DNA of 64,000 bases from an uncultured Schleiferiaceae bacterium. Lineage in GTDB: Bacteria; Bacteroidota; Bacteroidia; Flavobacteriales; Schleiferiaceae. The notes under the pieces are model-generated. The model saw only the letters and a list, made by a program, of their open reading frames with translations, had not been told where the DNA came from and made no database searches. This document shows, piece after piece, positions 63,808-64,000 of the stretch; within the stretch, counting starts at the first letter, position 1; every line of letters starts with the position of its first letter. A program made the position numbers and the translations under genes. The DNA lies in assembly GCA_965655745.1 (NCBI GenBank), contig CBFHHP010000001.1, positions 37,381 through 101,380 on the forward strand. Reading direction: 5' to 3'.

Positions 63808-64000
63808 TCTCTTCCAATTATTAAAGTCACTTGAAGAGGTCAGAATATGGTTCAAGAAGAAAAGTTCAGACATCGTTAATAGAATAATCTAATATCCAAA
63901 AGCGTCTTAGGTGTAACCATAATTGATACTTAAAATCAAATTTTCAAAAACGGAAAGAACAACGGCTAACTACCTGGTAAATTAACAGACTTGAAGAGTG

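Overview
The window looks like a chromosomal segment from a Bacteroidota genome, probably Flavobacteriales-like. This taxon call is an inference from four observations: T9SS type-B C-terminal sorting domains, a GWxTD protein, several CarboxypepD_reg-type TonB-dependent receptors, and TAnnTTTG promoter boxes. I could not run any database search.

Most of the window is densely packed housekeeping DNA:
- a partial histidine-utilisation cluster (hutI, an arginase-fold FIGLU hydrolase, glutamate formimidoyltransferase)
- aroC and aroQ, rplS, ndk, xerD, cdd, rlmF
- an AMP nucleosidase, an M49 peptidase, a thiolase, a DEAD-box helicase and a 7TM-HD phosphodiesterase
- an N-acyl amino-acid lipid gene pair (glsB/glsA-like)
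- five TonB-dependent receptors, one of them frameshifted
- five tRNAs: Ser-UGA, Ser-GGA, Ser-GCU, Pro-UGG and Arg-UCU

I found no rRNA, no CRISPR array and no recognisable defence or prophage module. I cannot point to a clear new multi-gene system.

The regions most worth a second look are:
1. A SAM-I riboswitch that now controls only an OsmC-like gene. It is followed by a ~210-bp deletion scar that fuses the first codons of a MetY/MetB-type gene to the last ~58 codons of homoserine dehydrogenase.
2. A decayed mobile-element patch at 29.0-31.2 kb next to tRNA-Ser. It holds an orphan DDE (rve) transposase, three copies of a bipartite palindromic module, a tRNA 3'-end fragment and a 3 x 12-bp tandem repeat.
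3. A tandem pair of cyclophilin-FKBP fusion genes.
4. A co-directional cluster of two paralogous T9SS cargo proteins, a translationally coupled HAD hydrolase and a His...NCxxF (LRAT-like) hypothetical protein.
5. A lipoprotein-TBDR-Fur-family operon preceded by a perfect 15-bp palindrome.

All product calls come from reading motifs in the supplied translations. No BLAST, HMM or Rfam run was possible.
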